NCBI RefSeq assembly: GCF_006345805.1
Contig: NC_043002.1
Coordinates: 2,046,001 to 2,110,000 of the forward strand
Direction of reading: 5' to 3'
Origin: Octopus sinensis
Taxonomy: Eukaryota
DNA length: 64,000 nucleotides
Shown here: positions 26,940-39,853 of the stretch, piece by piece
How positions within the stretch are numbered: position 1 is the stretch's first letter
Layout of the letters: each line of letters starts with the position of its first letter
The notes under the pieces: model-generated
Seen by the model: only the letters and a program-made list of their open reading frames with translations
Databases searched by the model: none
Told to the model about the DNA's origin: nothing
Made by a program: the position numbers and the translations under genes

Positions 26940-27342
26940 TATTCTTTTCTACTCGAAGCACAAGGCACGAAATTTTGGGGAGGGGGCAGTTGATTAGATC
27001 GACCCCAGTACGCAACTGGTACTAAATTTATCGACCTCCGAAAGGATCAAAGGCAAATTCGACTTCGACGAAATGTGAACTCAGAACGTAAAGACAGACG
27101 AAATACCTATTTCTTTACTACCCACAAGGGGCTAAACACAGAGAAAACAAACAAGGACAGACAAACGGATTAAATTGATTATATCGACCCCTGTGCGTAA
27201 CTGGTACTTAATTTATCGACCTCCGAAAGGATGAAAGGCAAAGTCGACCTCGGCGGAATTTGAACTCAGAACATAACGGCAGACGAAATACCACAAAGCA
27301 TTTCGCCCGGCGTGCTAACGATTCTACCAGCTCGCCGCCTTA
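26940..27342 (-). mobile_element. SINE family B dimer (full head unit plus second 5'-truncated unit)
   Basis: Two copies of GTTCTGAGTTCAAATT...GATAAATTAAGTACCAGTT..GGGGTCGAT in tandem, joined at GAAATAGGTATTTCGTC. Confidence 0.85.
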
Positions 27343-28764
27343 GTCTCCACTTATATTGTGCCATGAAGTAGCCTCGATTTGAACCCACTTCGCACTGAGA
27401 TGGATATTTGTCACTGGCTGCAATCTGTATTGATCCGCTCAGGTTCCAATGTTTAATGAGAATCCTGGTATAAATAAAGGCTTTCGAACATTTGTTTAAC
27501 GATTTACCAGCACCAGATTCTAAATGTCCATTAAGAGACAAACGTTGTGTAAATGCGATTTATACAACGAATCTTTAAACGTAAATCCATGCATTTCTGT
27601 GGTTTGCCAAGATTTCAGAAAAGCAAGATTAGAAAGCGAAATATCTCAAGAACCCACTTTCATAATATTGTGCCAAATGATTAACACTGACAGCAGCTGT
27701 CCTAACGAAGGAAGACAATAGAAAACTGGAACTAGCGTCAAACTGATGACATTGAGTCATCCTTTTAGGATATTACATCTGACTGTTAACTTTTATTCGC
27801 AGTCAGACGGAGGCCAATAGGAATTAAGTCTCCACAGTATAAGTTGTTATTAATTCACCAAATTCGACATATGTATAAATAGACTGCAGTTGTAAATATA
27901 TAATATATATCTATCAAAAATGTAATACGAAACCTCGATAATGTAATTTTTAGATTTATATCTTCTTCATTTACAGAAATTAATATGTTCCATGGTGTCA
28001 GTATGTTAGGTTTAATATCTAATAAATATTTGTCTACGTTTTCTTATGTAGTCAGCTATCCTTTTGTAACAACAGATTCTTTTTTATGATAATTCTCATG
28101 TTAGGAGGTATTGCATTTCTAATATTTCCTGTAAAGACTCTTCGTGACCCCAATACTAATAGGGTTCATTCGAATATAGATACCGTCGCATCAAATAAAT
28201 CGCTGTAAATCTTAGCTATCACCCGATATAAATAGCTTTACAGAACCAGAGACCGTTAAGCCTTCATACTTTATTGAAATCAACTATAAATAGTTTAAGA
28301 AAGCAGTCAATGTAAATATTAAAAAATGGCTGGACGCATAAACTTGGTATAATTTAGAAAATATTTCCCTAGTATTACAGCTTAATTACTAAATATAACT
28401 CACACTTGAAATGGTAATTGCCAAACATCAATACATTTTTGATGATACACGGTTGTGATATTGACTTTAAACGGACGGAATTAAAATTGAGTTGTTTACT
28501 TTTCCAAACGGCAAATCGTATTTTGGAATGAAGTGACTCGCCAATATGCGGAGTATATCGTCTAGAAATGAGCAAAGAATCATAAATCACTACAGCTAAG
28601 GTTTCAAAATAAATTTTGACATTTTCGGAATTGATTCCAGGAAATAATTCATTTATAAGCTGTCGCTTATGCGTCCACCGAAACTAAATGTAAAATGGAA
28701 ATATATCGAGAGATTACATCGTTTCTTTATGAAATATACTTTCAATTGAAGATCATAATTTATT

Positions 28765-29070
28765 CATCATCATCATCATCAACATCAGTTCCACCATCGT
28801 CGTCATCGCTGCCACCGCCACCACACTCATTGCCGTAGACTTCCTCCTCCTTTTCACCATCTTCATCACCATAACTGCCATCGATGCCTCCACCACCTTC
28901 GTTGTAGAGGGAGTCTTCTTCCTCCTCCTCCACGTTCTCCACATCATTATCATTATTATCACCATCGTCGTCATCATCATTATCATTGTTGTCATCATTA
29001 CTACCGCCGCCGTTGTCACCAAAGTCTTCCTTCCCCCCACCCCCATTTCATCATCCTCATCATCACCATC
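28765..29070. repeat. Mixed (CAT)/(CAC)/(CTC)/(CGT) trinucleotide low-complexity tract
   Basis: Direct reading; explains poly-M/D/E ORFs. Confidence 0.9.
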
Positions 29071-29824
29071 ATTGCTATTCTCCTCATCTCACAAACCCCA
29101 GACAATAAAGCCTGTGCTTCTATTTATCCATATAAAATTACCAAGCAACAGTTACTTTCCATTAATCCTATATTTACATAAATACATTTGTGCTTTAGGA
29201 AAACAGATCGAAATCTATTTAATGTTGGCAGAAGAATTCCTCATCAACTCCGCTGTTCTAATATTTGTAACAGGATCCGCTGAAACGAACCAATCGCAAC
29301 CATTTCTATTTACAACGAATGCTTTCATTACGTAAAATGAACCGGAAGCCAAATTGCATGATACGCGAAAGGACAGCATTCTATCTTGAAATAGGATTAC
29401 AACGGATCCAATAAACCGTTATATGGAAATGCATGCCCAGATGCACACACACACACACACGCGCGCGTATGTGTGTGTGCTTGTGTGTGCAGGGAAATAT
29501 ATGCATGTATGCGTATACACACACTCATGCATTCACACATACGTATCTTGAATAGATACAGTCACCCATAACTGTATTGACTGGCATTCATATAGATTCA
29601 GAGTATATATGAAATATACTTGCAATACGTTTCATGGACTTAATCCATACAAGGTGCACCCTGATTCTTGCAAATTGTATGGGCTTGTTAACCACAGTAC
29701 ACACACATATCTGTGTGTGTCTGTGTGAGAGTGTATATATATTTATATACACAAATACATGCACATTAACACATGTGAGTATATATATATACATATATAC
29801 TTTGATACTTTGATACTTTGATAG

Positions 29825-29975
29825 GTTTCGGCCATTATTGGCCCAGGCCATGTCTAACTTAATAGCACCACCTGGTGAAGTCTTTCAAGTCAGAATTTGG
29901 GCACTATATATATATATGAACAAAGAGAAAACACAACGACATGAGGACGTGGAACAAGTATTGTATTATTGGACG
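29825..29975 (-). repeat. Dispersed repeat with degenerate hammerhead relic (copy 1)
   Basis: Minus strand CTG-GGCC-AATAAT-GGCC-GAAAC; homologous to 35270-35390. Confidence 0.5.
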
Positions 29976-29995
29976 CTCAGGAAAGGAAAGAAAGA

Positions 29996-30071
<76 letters not shown>

Positions 30072-30363
30072 TAGCCACAAGGTCGTTATAGTTCATAAAA
30101 TTCGGTTTTATAAATTCATAGCTGACCAGGTAAAGTAACTTACCTTGATTGAGATTGTCTTAGTGTGTGTTGCCTTTCCCACCAACACAGTAACACGATA
30201 ACTGATCTTGCAAATTCCAACAAATCCGTAATCGTCGCAAAACCTTAACAAATGTCTCAACTGACACAACTTTAGCTGCACCCATATGTAGTTATTCATA
30301 CCATGACAGCGATCGCATGAATGTAACCTCTCAGTCCATGTGTGCGTTTGTGTGTGCGTGCGT

Positions 30364-30448
<85 letters not shown>

Positions 30449-30555
30449 TGCTGTGTGTATTTAAAAACCTGAATAGCTATGGATATTGAATCGCTGATTT
30501 TTCCTATAAAATTTATTGAAACTAATATTCATTCGTTTCATACAATTGTTCATTC

Positions 30556-30614
<59 letters not shown>

Positions 30615-30620
30615 ATTATA

Positions 30621-30660
<40 letters not shown>

Positions 30661-30884
30661 ATCGAAATGTTTGCAAATCTAATGTAGGCCTCAAAAGACA
30701 TTTTAAGATCCACGAAGAGCAGAACTTATCTGCAGCTCTTGGTGGTCCAATTCAGAGGTGCAATCTATGTGGGTGTATTTTCAGAATAATTGTCTGGTTT
30801 AAAAACCCACATGCGACACCATGATGGTGCTAAGGTGTAGGTACAGGAGGTGGACATAACCATCTATATACATATATATACACT

Positions 30885-31093
30885 CTCTTTACTCTTTTAC
30901 TTGATTCAGTCATTTGACTGCGGCCATGCTGGAGCACCGCCTTTAGTCGAGCAAATCGACCCCAGGACTTATTCTTTGTAAGCCCAGTACTTATTCTATC
31001 AGTTTTATTTGCCGAACCGCTAAGTGACGGGGACGTAAACACACCAGCATCGGTTGTCAAGCAATGCTAGGGGGGACAAACACAGACACACAA

Positions 31094-31178
<85 letters not shown>

Positions 31179-31311
31179 CGACAGGCTTCTTTCAGTTTCC
31201 GGCCCAGGGCTATACCAGAAGACACTTGCCCAAGATGCCACGCAGTGGAACTGAACCCGGAACCATGTGGTTGGTAAGCAAGCTACTTACCACACAGCCA
31301 CTCCTGCGCCT
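30885..31311 (-). mobile_element. SINE family A, full-length
   Basis: Minus strand A box TGGCTGTGTGG, B box GGTTCAGTTCC, central (TA)n(TG)n, tail GAATCAAGTAAAAGAGTAAAGAG. Confidence 0.95.
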
Positions 31312-31459
31312 ATATATATATACATGTAATAACTTTAGGTTTGAATATACACCTTGTCGTATTCTGTTTAATGTTCCTTCACAGTATTCGACTACTTAAT
31401 GTCTTCAACACTATGGAGATTATGACACCAGATTTACTTCAGGAATTCATTCGTATCTG

Positions 31460-31735
31460 TAGAGTTAATGAAAATATGAGAGAGAAAAATTAGAATTTGT
31501 ATTATTCGCTGCGGTCAATTCGACCGATCGTGCACGGGTGCTGCGAGCGAGATGCTGTGGAAGCCTTTGTGGTGCATCGGAGGTGCAGATAAGTCTCATC
31601 AGGGGACTTCTAAAAAAAGTACCGCACACTTTTATCTCTATTTCGCTTGTCTCTTTTAGAACACATTTTGCAAGTTGTTGTGCGCTTCTCGCCCACAGGA
31701 GAAGCTAGGTTGATGAAGAAACTCACCTATGCTCA
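31460..31735 (-). mobile_element. Penelope-like pLTR fragment with mutated hammerhead (copy B)
   Basis: Reverse complement aligns with 34170-34450 over ~280 bp; CTGATGA core but GAAAC changed to GAATT and GTA to GCA. Confidence 0.7.
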
Positions 31736-31862
31736 TCTTTACATTTTCAGGTCGCAGGAATGTAACCTCTCTGCGTCTGTCTCGCTATAAATCTGTGGAT
31801 ACTTACACACAGTCGATCACACAACACAGATGCATTTGCCAAACAAACAGGTTCAGGCAGTC

Positions 31863-31894
<32 letters not shown>

Positions 31895-31900
31895 GGGGGG

Positions 31901-31931
<31 letters not shown>

Positions 31932-32052
31932 GCATATGTGCACCCACGCACGCACACACGTATACATACTCGTGTAGACATAACCATCTATATACATACA
32001 TACATATATATATATATGATAGATTGAATTAATATATATGTTCCATTCTAGC

Positions 32053-32100
32053 AAAAACTGTCTGATGAACGGCAACGAGAAACTCAGAGTAACAGATTTT
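32053..32100 (+). ncRNA. Possible minimal type I hammerhead-like motif with weak stem II
   Basis: CTGT-CTGATGA-A-CG-GCAA-CG-A-GAAAC-TCAGA-GTA-ACAG; stem I pairs; A.A mismatch closes stem II. Confidence 0.35.
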
Positions 32101-32217
32101 GTTGAATTTTCTGCTGCTTAAAATAAAGCATATTACTCTACCACTGGTATTTGAGTACTCTTTTTTCCACCTTGTTTCACATTTATGTGTTTACTCCGGT
32201 CTATATATATATATATA

Positions 32218-32260
<43 letters not shown>

Positions 32261-32576
32261 GTTGTTGTTGTTGTTGTTGTTGTAATTGGCCCTTTTCGTC
32301 TATGCAGACGCTCAATTTAGCTTAGGGGTCCCTTAATCGAACATATCAGTGGCTCCCTCTCTTGCAGCTTCTTTCTTGGCTGCTTCTTCCTATGATTGAA
32401 GTGCACCTTCTGTCACAGAACTTGCATACCAAGCTCTGCATTTCTGTTGTTTTTCTTTCGCCGCTGACGCTTCTCAACTTGTTTGTTTCTGTAGCTGCTC
32501 TCTCGCAAAGCAGTTCCTTCCTTCATCACAGTCCTCCATATTGTTCCGTCCTCAGCCCTCTCTCTCAGGTGCTGAC

Positions 32577-33860
<1,284 letters not shown>

Positions 33861-34169
33861 GTGCGTGTTTGTACATCTATACATAATCTATACGGGAAAT
33901 TTGGATGAATATGCATATTTGTGTATGTGTAAGTATGTACATATATGTGTAAATGTGTGCGCTAAATTATTGTTTTGTGAAAATATCAAAGTCAGATTAC
34001 GTGAATGTGAACGTGCACTTGTTTTTGTTCCATCCTGATTGCAAAGCTGTTTCACGGGTTTTTAACGCTCTTTTATTATCAATGCATAAATATTATTTAA
34101 TTCTGTTAGTCATTTTCTTCTATTTTCGCCTTTTTATGTTTCTGCTTCATTGTAAGGCCCGTTGTTGCT

Positions 34170-34450
34170 TATATATGGAGATTTCTACCTTATCACCCAG
34201 GTCCGCGTGTAGACGTGAAATACACCACAAATACAAAAATAAAGTCTAATGCAAATATGCTAGACAGATATTTAAAAGAACGAGGTACCTTTTGGCAAAT
34301 CACCTGACGAGGCACATCCGCACCCACGATGCACCACAACTGTTTGTACAGCATCTCACCAGCGAGGCACCGGTGCACGATGGGTCGAAACGATCGTAGT
34401 GAATAAGAAAGAGTCTTGTGAATTCCATTTTCTTTCTCTCATATTTTTAT
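34170..34450 (+). mobile_element. Penelope-like pLTR fragment (copy A)
   Basis: Homologous to 31460-31735 in inverted orientation; short frame ending at an aligned TAA followed by a hammerhead. Confidence 0.65.
34300..34402 (+). ncRNA. Type I hammerhead ribozyme, intact core, extended stem II
   Basis: TCAC-CTGACGA-GGCACATC...GATGGGTC-GAAAC-GATC-GTA-GTGA; stem I TCAC/GTGA, stem II 7 of 8 pairs, palindromic stem III ACGATCGT, predicted cleavage after A34398. Confidence 0.8.
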
Positions 34451-34932
34451 AGATTTATATATGCCTATGTGTTTGTACGTATACATGTATGCACGAATTT
34501 ATATGTATATACATTTTATTTAGGTATACAATTGTACATTCATGTATACACCAATGTGTATGTGTGAGTTAGTGTGTAGTATATTTATCTGAAAGTGCGT
34601 GTGTCTGCACTTCGTGCATGTATGTGTGTGTCTCTGTTCATGGTGTGTGTAACCGTGCATGCTATTCATAGTTAATCTAATCTCTGCAACCAAATCCTGT
34701 TCACTTTCGCAACTTGCACGTACGATTTTCCTTGAAGGCATTTATTTTATCAAGAAGCTAAATCTTGGTTCTTTGGTTAATATGGCGAAAGAATGGAATA
34801 TTAGGAGGGGCAACTTCCAATAAAGCAAAAACCCCAAAAAAGAATCTTTCTATCCTTTACACAGCTGCAAAATATGATAAACTATGTTGTTATGAAGTGT
34901 CATAATTAAGGTATATTATCTATATACATATA

Positions 34933-35017
<85 letters not shown>

Positions 35018-35269
35018 ATATATATGTATATGTATACATATATAAAAGCTTTCTCATGTACAAGTAAAGCTAATTTGGTGAATTATGTTATTCTGCCATT
35101 TATAATGCACATTGGTCTGGCTTTGATAGTGTAAGTAAAAGTTTTATCATAAATAGATCACTATCAACATGTATATATACAAGCATACATACATGTATCT
35201 ATCTCTATCTTCTATAGACAGACAGACAGATTGATAGATAATGTGTAGGTTATTTCGAAAGAAAGTTTA

Positions 35270-35390
35270 CCTTAGATATGTTCCGTCCATTATTGGCCAC
35301 ACCAGGTCTAATTTAATACCACAATCTGTTAAAGATTTTGAATCCACGATCGGTTTGTATCAAAAAGCTCACTCAGGAAGAAAATTTATT
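35270..35390 (-). repeat. Dispersed repeat with degenerate hammerhead relic (copy 2)
   Basis: Minus strand CTGGTGT-GGCC-AATAAT-GGAC-GGAAC; homologous to 29825-29975. Confidence 0.5.
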
Positions 35391-35399
35391 GATTGAAAC

Positions 35400-35830
35400 A
35401 TATTGAGATGTGATTAGTTTGTCTGGTATGCTTCGGAGGAATTTGCCTGTGCACTGCTTGGGCGTTGTGGGCGCGTTTTCTTCCTTGATTTCTTTCAGGC
35501 TAATGGTAGATATTGCCGGGCCAGTAGAGTTAAAATAATTTGTAATATAGTTCTGTTTTGCAAGTTTTTAAGCTTCATAATGAGATCCATTGAACGAGTT
35601 GTTTGCTATATTTTCAACGCTGTGCAGACGTGAGAGTATTCGCAGCAAAACTGGAATGAATACAGTCTGAGTAGTTTTTGATAATTCCAGACACCAGGAC
35701 CTAAATAAACCTAAGCTAGTTTCTTTTAAGCCACTAAAAATGTCCGATATGTATAGGCCAATATGTGTTAATGTATTATTATTTCTTTTATCCTAGATCT
35801 GTAAGCGTAAATTAAATTTCCTTGCACTCC
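35400..35830 (-). mobile_element. Old CR1/L2-group ORF2 3' fragment
   Basis: NYFNSTGPAIS...LKEIK...KFLRSIPDKLITSQY resembles the same C-terminal motif as 3135-3344. Confidence 0.45.
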
Positions 35831-36049
35831 TTGTTCAAGTCAGTTTTTGATTGTTAGTTTTTTTTTAACACGCCCACCTTATTCTTGAGTCGGTAACTTT
35901 AACTAAGACCTCACTTGCTTGGTAATCAATGGATTTCATTGCAAGTCTTCCTCTAGATTTTTTTTAATAATTCCTGACGAACATGAGACATTATATAATT
36001 TATGTCTTAATGCATAACATTATATTACGATTACATGAAATAAAGTCTC

Positions 36050-37440
36050 TCAGCAAAACGTTTGACACAAAATCGAAAACCATTCGCTTTGTTTCTTATT
36101 ATTATAGTTTCATATAAAACTTAGTGCTCCAGTTATTATTGGTATGAATATGAATTCATAGTCTTGATATAGAAGCTGGAGGTTTCAAAGCAGTTGTCCA
36201 AAGATATCCTTTTTCTTTGATTTTCAAAGAGATATTTATATCTGCAGGGCAGCTGACCTCTATAATGGTACATACCTTTGCCCCTCTGTCCCAAAACCAA
36301 TATGCGGCCTGTTATGTTTACATTTGACAGACGTTTTGATGGAAACAATCCACCAATATTCCTTGAGTTGGTGTTTATGAATGTATTCCATAACAGGGAT
36401 TTTAGCACATCTGCTAATCACATGCGTAACGTCTTCCACAGAAACATGACATGGCCTACACATGCGTTTGCATCTTGGGATTACAAGCGCGTCACTGTCT
36501 GTCTTGTTCACCAGGTACTTTGTGGCAATCTCCTGTTCCTGGATTGCAAACGAATAGCCTTCAAAGTGCGATGTGATGTAGTGGTCTTGTGTCGAAGAGA
36601 GGCTGCACTTTATGTCAGGTCTACTGTCTTCTTCAAGCTGCCGAGCAACAAACCCATGCGTAGTCTTAGTTTTCTATGCTGAATGTAAGGTAAGAGAACC
36701 CAGCTGTTTTGGGGTTGTATAGGAGATCATTAGGAAGAGAGTGTTTCTTGAGAAGTTCACTGCCAACTCGTACACTGTTGCTCACTTCACTTTTGAAGAC
36801 TGCATTGATATATTTATTTTTGCTGCTTTCCTTTAGCAGGTGCTGCATCAGTGATTCCATACGGCATTCTAAGGCGGTCTGCACTGATCTCGGGCCTCTA
36901 TCACGTTCATAGATGGAGCCTGTCAACATCACTGTTTCTGTGGAAGTTCCCAGTTGTTGTCAGTATTTTGCGGGTTTTGATATCTATGGAGTGGATTTCC
37001 TCTACAGACCAATAAAAGTAACCCAAATGTTGGGAGTAGCACTGGTACTGCAAATGCATTGTGGGATATCGTTTTGTTGTAATAGGAGAGTTACGACTGC
37101 CATATTTTCCTAAGTCTGGTGTAATGTTCTCGGGTCACTCTATCCTTATTCACAGTGCCATCATATAATACATTTTCGTCTGTGCCTAAGTACTTCTAAC
37201 ATTCTTTGTGTGGAATGGGGGATATAGAGAGGCCGTTGATGCACAGGTTTTGGGTCTAGGGAACTGACTTACCTCGTTCTATAACCAAATATGAAAATTT
37301 CTTTTGGCCAAATGTATGCGTGTATGTAAGTACGCTTTGTTACTTCCGTCTGAGGTTCCCCAGTTCTTGTAATGTTTTGCTTAGAATGGTGTAACCTGAG
37401 GTGCAACCCTATTGTGGCTATGACAGTACACAGGAACTGG
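36050..37440 (-). mobile_element. Decayed RLE retrotransposon, third R4/Dong-like family
   Basis: KYLGTDENVLYDG, HNAFAVPVLLPTFG, NFHRNSDVDRLY..RGPRS, IQEQEIATKYL, CRPCHVSVEDVTHVISRC, YQDYEFIFIPIITGAL; many stops and frameshifts. Confidence 0.8.
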
Positions 37441-37719
37441 ACAGAAAAAATAACATCTGTTTCTTTGAACTAAATAGTTACAATCCAGAAGGTCATCTTA
37501 TAGACCATGCTCACTTTGTTGTTCCATGTGGCCGTTTCAGATAAGCTAGTCCTCCACTCTCCCGAGGGAAGAGAATATATACGTTTAAGCGCATCTTTTA
37601 CAAAGTACTCAAATGTGTACTCAATTTTTCCCCCGTTCAGCAATCCATTACTCTTCTTCCCATTGGCTGACAGCAAGTACATCGAACATGAAATGCATTT
37701 GGCCATCGTCTCCGTTGAT

Positions 37720-38000
37720 AACTTTCTGAATCACCCGCAAATGTTTACATTTTATTGTATTCGATTACCTTTGTTATGACATTTATGTGTCCCACGAAGA
37801 GGAGTGAGCCCAACACAGTCCTTTGAGGTACACCACTTGTCACATTTGCGGGGATTTCAGTGGATTTCCATGATCAAAACACGTTGGGTTCTACTTCCAA
37901 AGAAATACTTAATCCATTTTTCCACAAAGCCCAGAGGTTTTGCTGAAATCAAGGTTTATAAATCTGTTTGAAACTAAACCTTTTAGATTGTCATCAAACT
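37720..38000 (-). mobile_element. CR1/L2-group RT core fragment
   Basis: NLDFSK, NVTSG, LGSLLFVGHIN..., FAGDS (FADD relic) across frameshifts. Confidence 0.6.
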
Positions 38001-38290
38001 GAGCCCTGGGTTTTCTTCAACAGTCTTTGCTAAAGCAAAAACTGTATTTGCTGGAATTCAGAAGATTCTTTTACTTGTTTCAGTCATTACACTGCGGCCA
38101 TGCTGGGGCACCGCCTGACAGAATTTTAAATCAAATGAATCAACCCCAGTACTTATTGCTTTAAAGTATGCTTTCGGTCGCTTTTGCCAAGACGCTAAGT
38201 TAGGGGGATGTAAACAGACCAACACTAGATGGAAAGCCGTGGTGCGGGACAAATACTAACAAAAAGACATACACACGCACACAATCTATG

Positions 38291-38321
<31 letters not shown>

Positions 38322-38410
38322 ATGTATGTATACATATATATGTGTGTGTATATATATGTATGTATATATGTATGTATATATATGTATGTATGTATATATA
38401 TATATATAAA

Positions 38411-38725
38411 TATATATGAAAAAACAAGTCAAAAATAGAAAATGCTAAGATGATTTTATAGTGAATCTTTCAGTACCGGTTTCGGTCAGTTCGAGGTCGA
38501 ACACACAAGTGCAAACAAGGGAGTCAGAGAAAGGCAGAATGCTACTTATATCTGAACACTACTACAGAAATATTCTTTTAAAAAAACTTTTCTTCTAATT
38601 TTTCTAAATTTAATTATTTAATCGTTACAGTTGAAAAGGTCTCAAAATGACCGAAACCGGTACTGAAAGATTCACTATAAAATCATCTTAGCATTTTCTA
38701 TTTTTGACTTGTTTTTCATATATAT
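38411..38725. repeat. Foldback element: ~77-bp near-perfect inverted arms around a ~160-bp spacer
   Basis: 38411-38488 is the reverse complement of 38648-38725 except one A-run indel; flanked by (TA)n. Confidence 0.95.
38628..38665 (+). ncRNA. Minimal type I hammerhead with U3-A8 core variant
   Basis: CAG-TTGAAAA-GGTC-TCAAAAT-GACC-GAAAC-CG-GTA-CTG; stems I and II pair perfectly; palindromic ACCGGT stem III. Confidence 0.65.
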
Positions 38726-38765
38726 CAACTCGTGTGTTCCTTTCCACCCTTATACATATAAATAT

Positions 38766-38851
<86 letters not shown>

Positions 38852-39660
38852 CGACACGAGCTTCTTCCAGTTTCCGTCTGGCAAGTCTCTCCCACTCAGA
38901 AGGCTTTGGTCGGGGCAAGGCTACGGGAAGAAACGCTTGCTTGAAGTACCACACATGGGACTGAACCGGGAACCGTGTGCTTGAGAAGAAAGCTGCTTAC
39001 TTCACTGCCACGCCTAAATGCTGCTCCGCCGAAAGTTATTCGTTCTTCCCCTGACTACGCTTCCGAATAATTTGATAATAAAAATAAGCGAGATCAGCCA
39101 ATGGTTACTTGCAAGGAACCTATATTCTTTTCCAAAGACTGGGCTGACAAATCGGGATAGTGTTTCCTTCTATAGCCTGTATTTTGCAATTTTCTCTACA
39201 GATTAGCGAGAGATGCAATATGGCGTCAGTAATCCTTCACAACACGAACAAATATATCTATCATGTCTTACTGCTGAGCATTATTTAATTTCATGCTGCA
39301 ATGAAGTCTGGATTACCGAATGTTATGTCGGAAATGGCGGCATGTTTGGAACTGGTTTCGTCCAAACTGAAAAACTTTCATAAGATACGGACGCCAATGC
39401 GGTACTCTTCCTTTGGTATCATGGCTATTTCTTTGGCATTTTTATGCTATCATCTATCAGTGAAGCGATGGCTGAAAGAGCGGTTCTGCATTTGTTGGCA
39501 AACGAATATAGGATTTTGGATTCTGTTCAGTTTTCGGAATAACCCGTCTTCTTCTGCTGTCCTTTAATTGTTTGGATTGGTCGGATGAGTTACCATTAAT
39601 ATACCGGGTAAACAAAATGCGGATAGTGCGTATACACACACACACACTCCGGCTGTGTGT

Positions 39661-39842
39661 GTTCTTTTTCCTTTTATTCTTTTACGTGTTTCAGTCATTT
39701 GACTGTGGCCACTCTAGAGCACCGCCTTTAGTCGAACAAATTGAACTCAGGACTTATTCTTTATAAGCCTAGTACTAATTATTTCGGTCCCTTGTGCCAA
39801 ACCGCTAAGTTACAGGATTGTAAACACACCAACATCGGTTGT
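39661..39842 (-). mobile_element. SINE family A, 3' half
   Basis: Matches tail of 30885-31080. Confidence 0.85.
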
Positions 39843-39853
39843 TTTCTCTTCTT

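Larger units (their letters stand above)
38064..39015 (-). mobile_element. SINE family A split by expansion of, and insertion into, its central microsatellite
   Basis: Tail at 38064-38290, head (GGCGTGGCAGTG...CGGTTCCCGGTTCAGTCCC) at 38850-39015; foldback insert in between. Confidence 0.85.

Noticed and set aside
28753-29046. Acidic or Met-rich ORFs resembling a low-complexity exon
   Set aside because: Mixed trinucleotide repeat with no splice or homology support
31723-31795. Minus-strand 66-nt exon candidate with strong GTGAGT donor
   Set aside because: Stops in all three frames and it overlaps the pLTR relic
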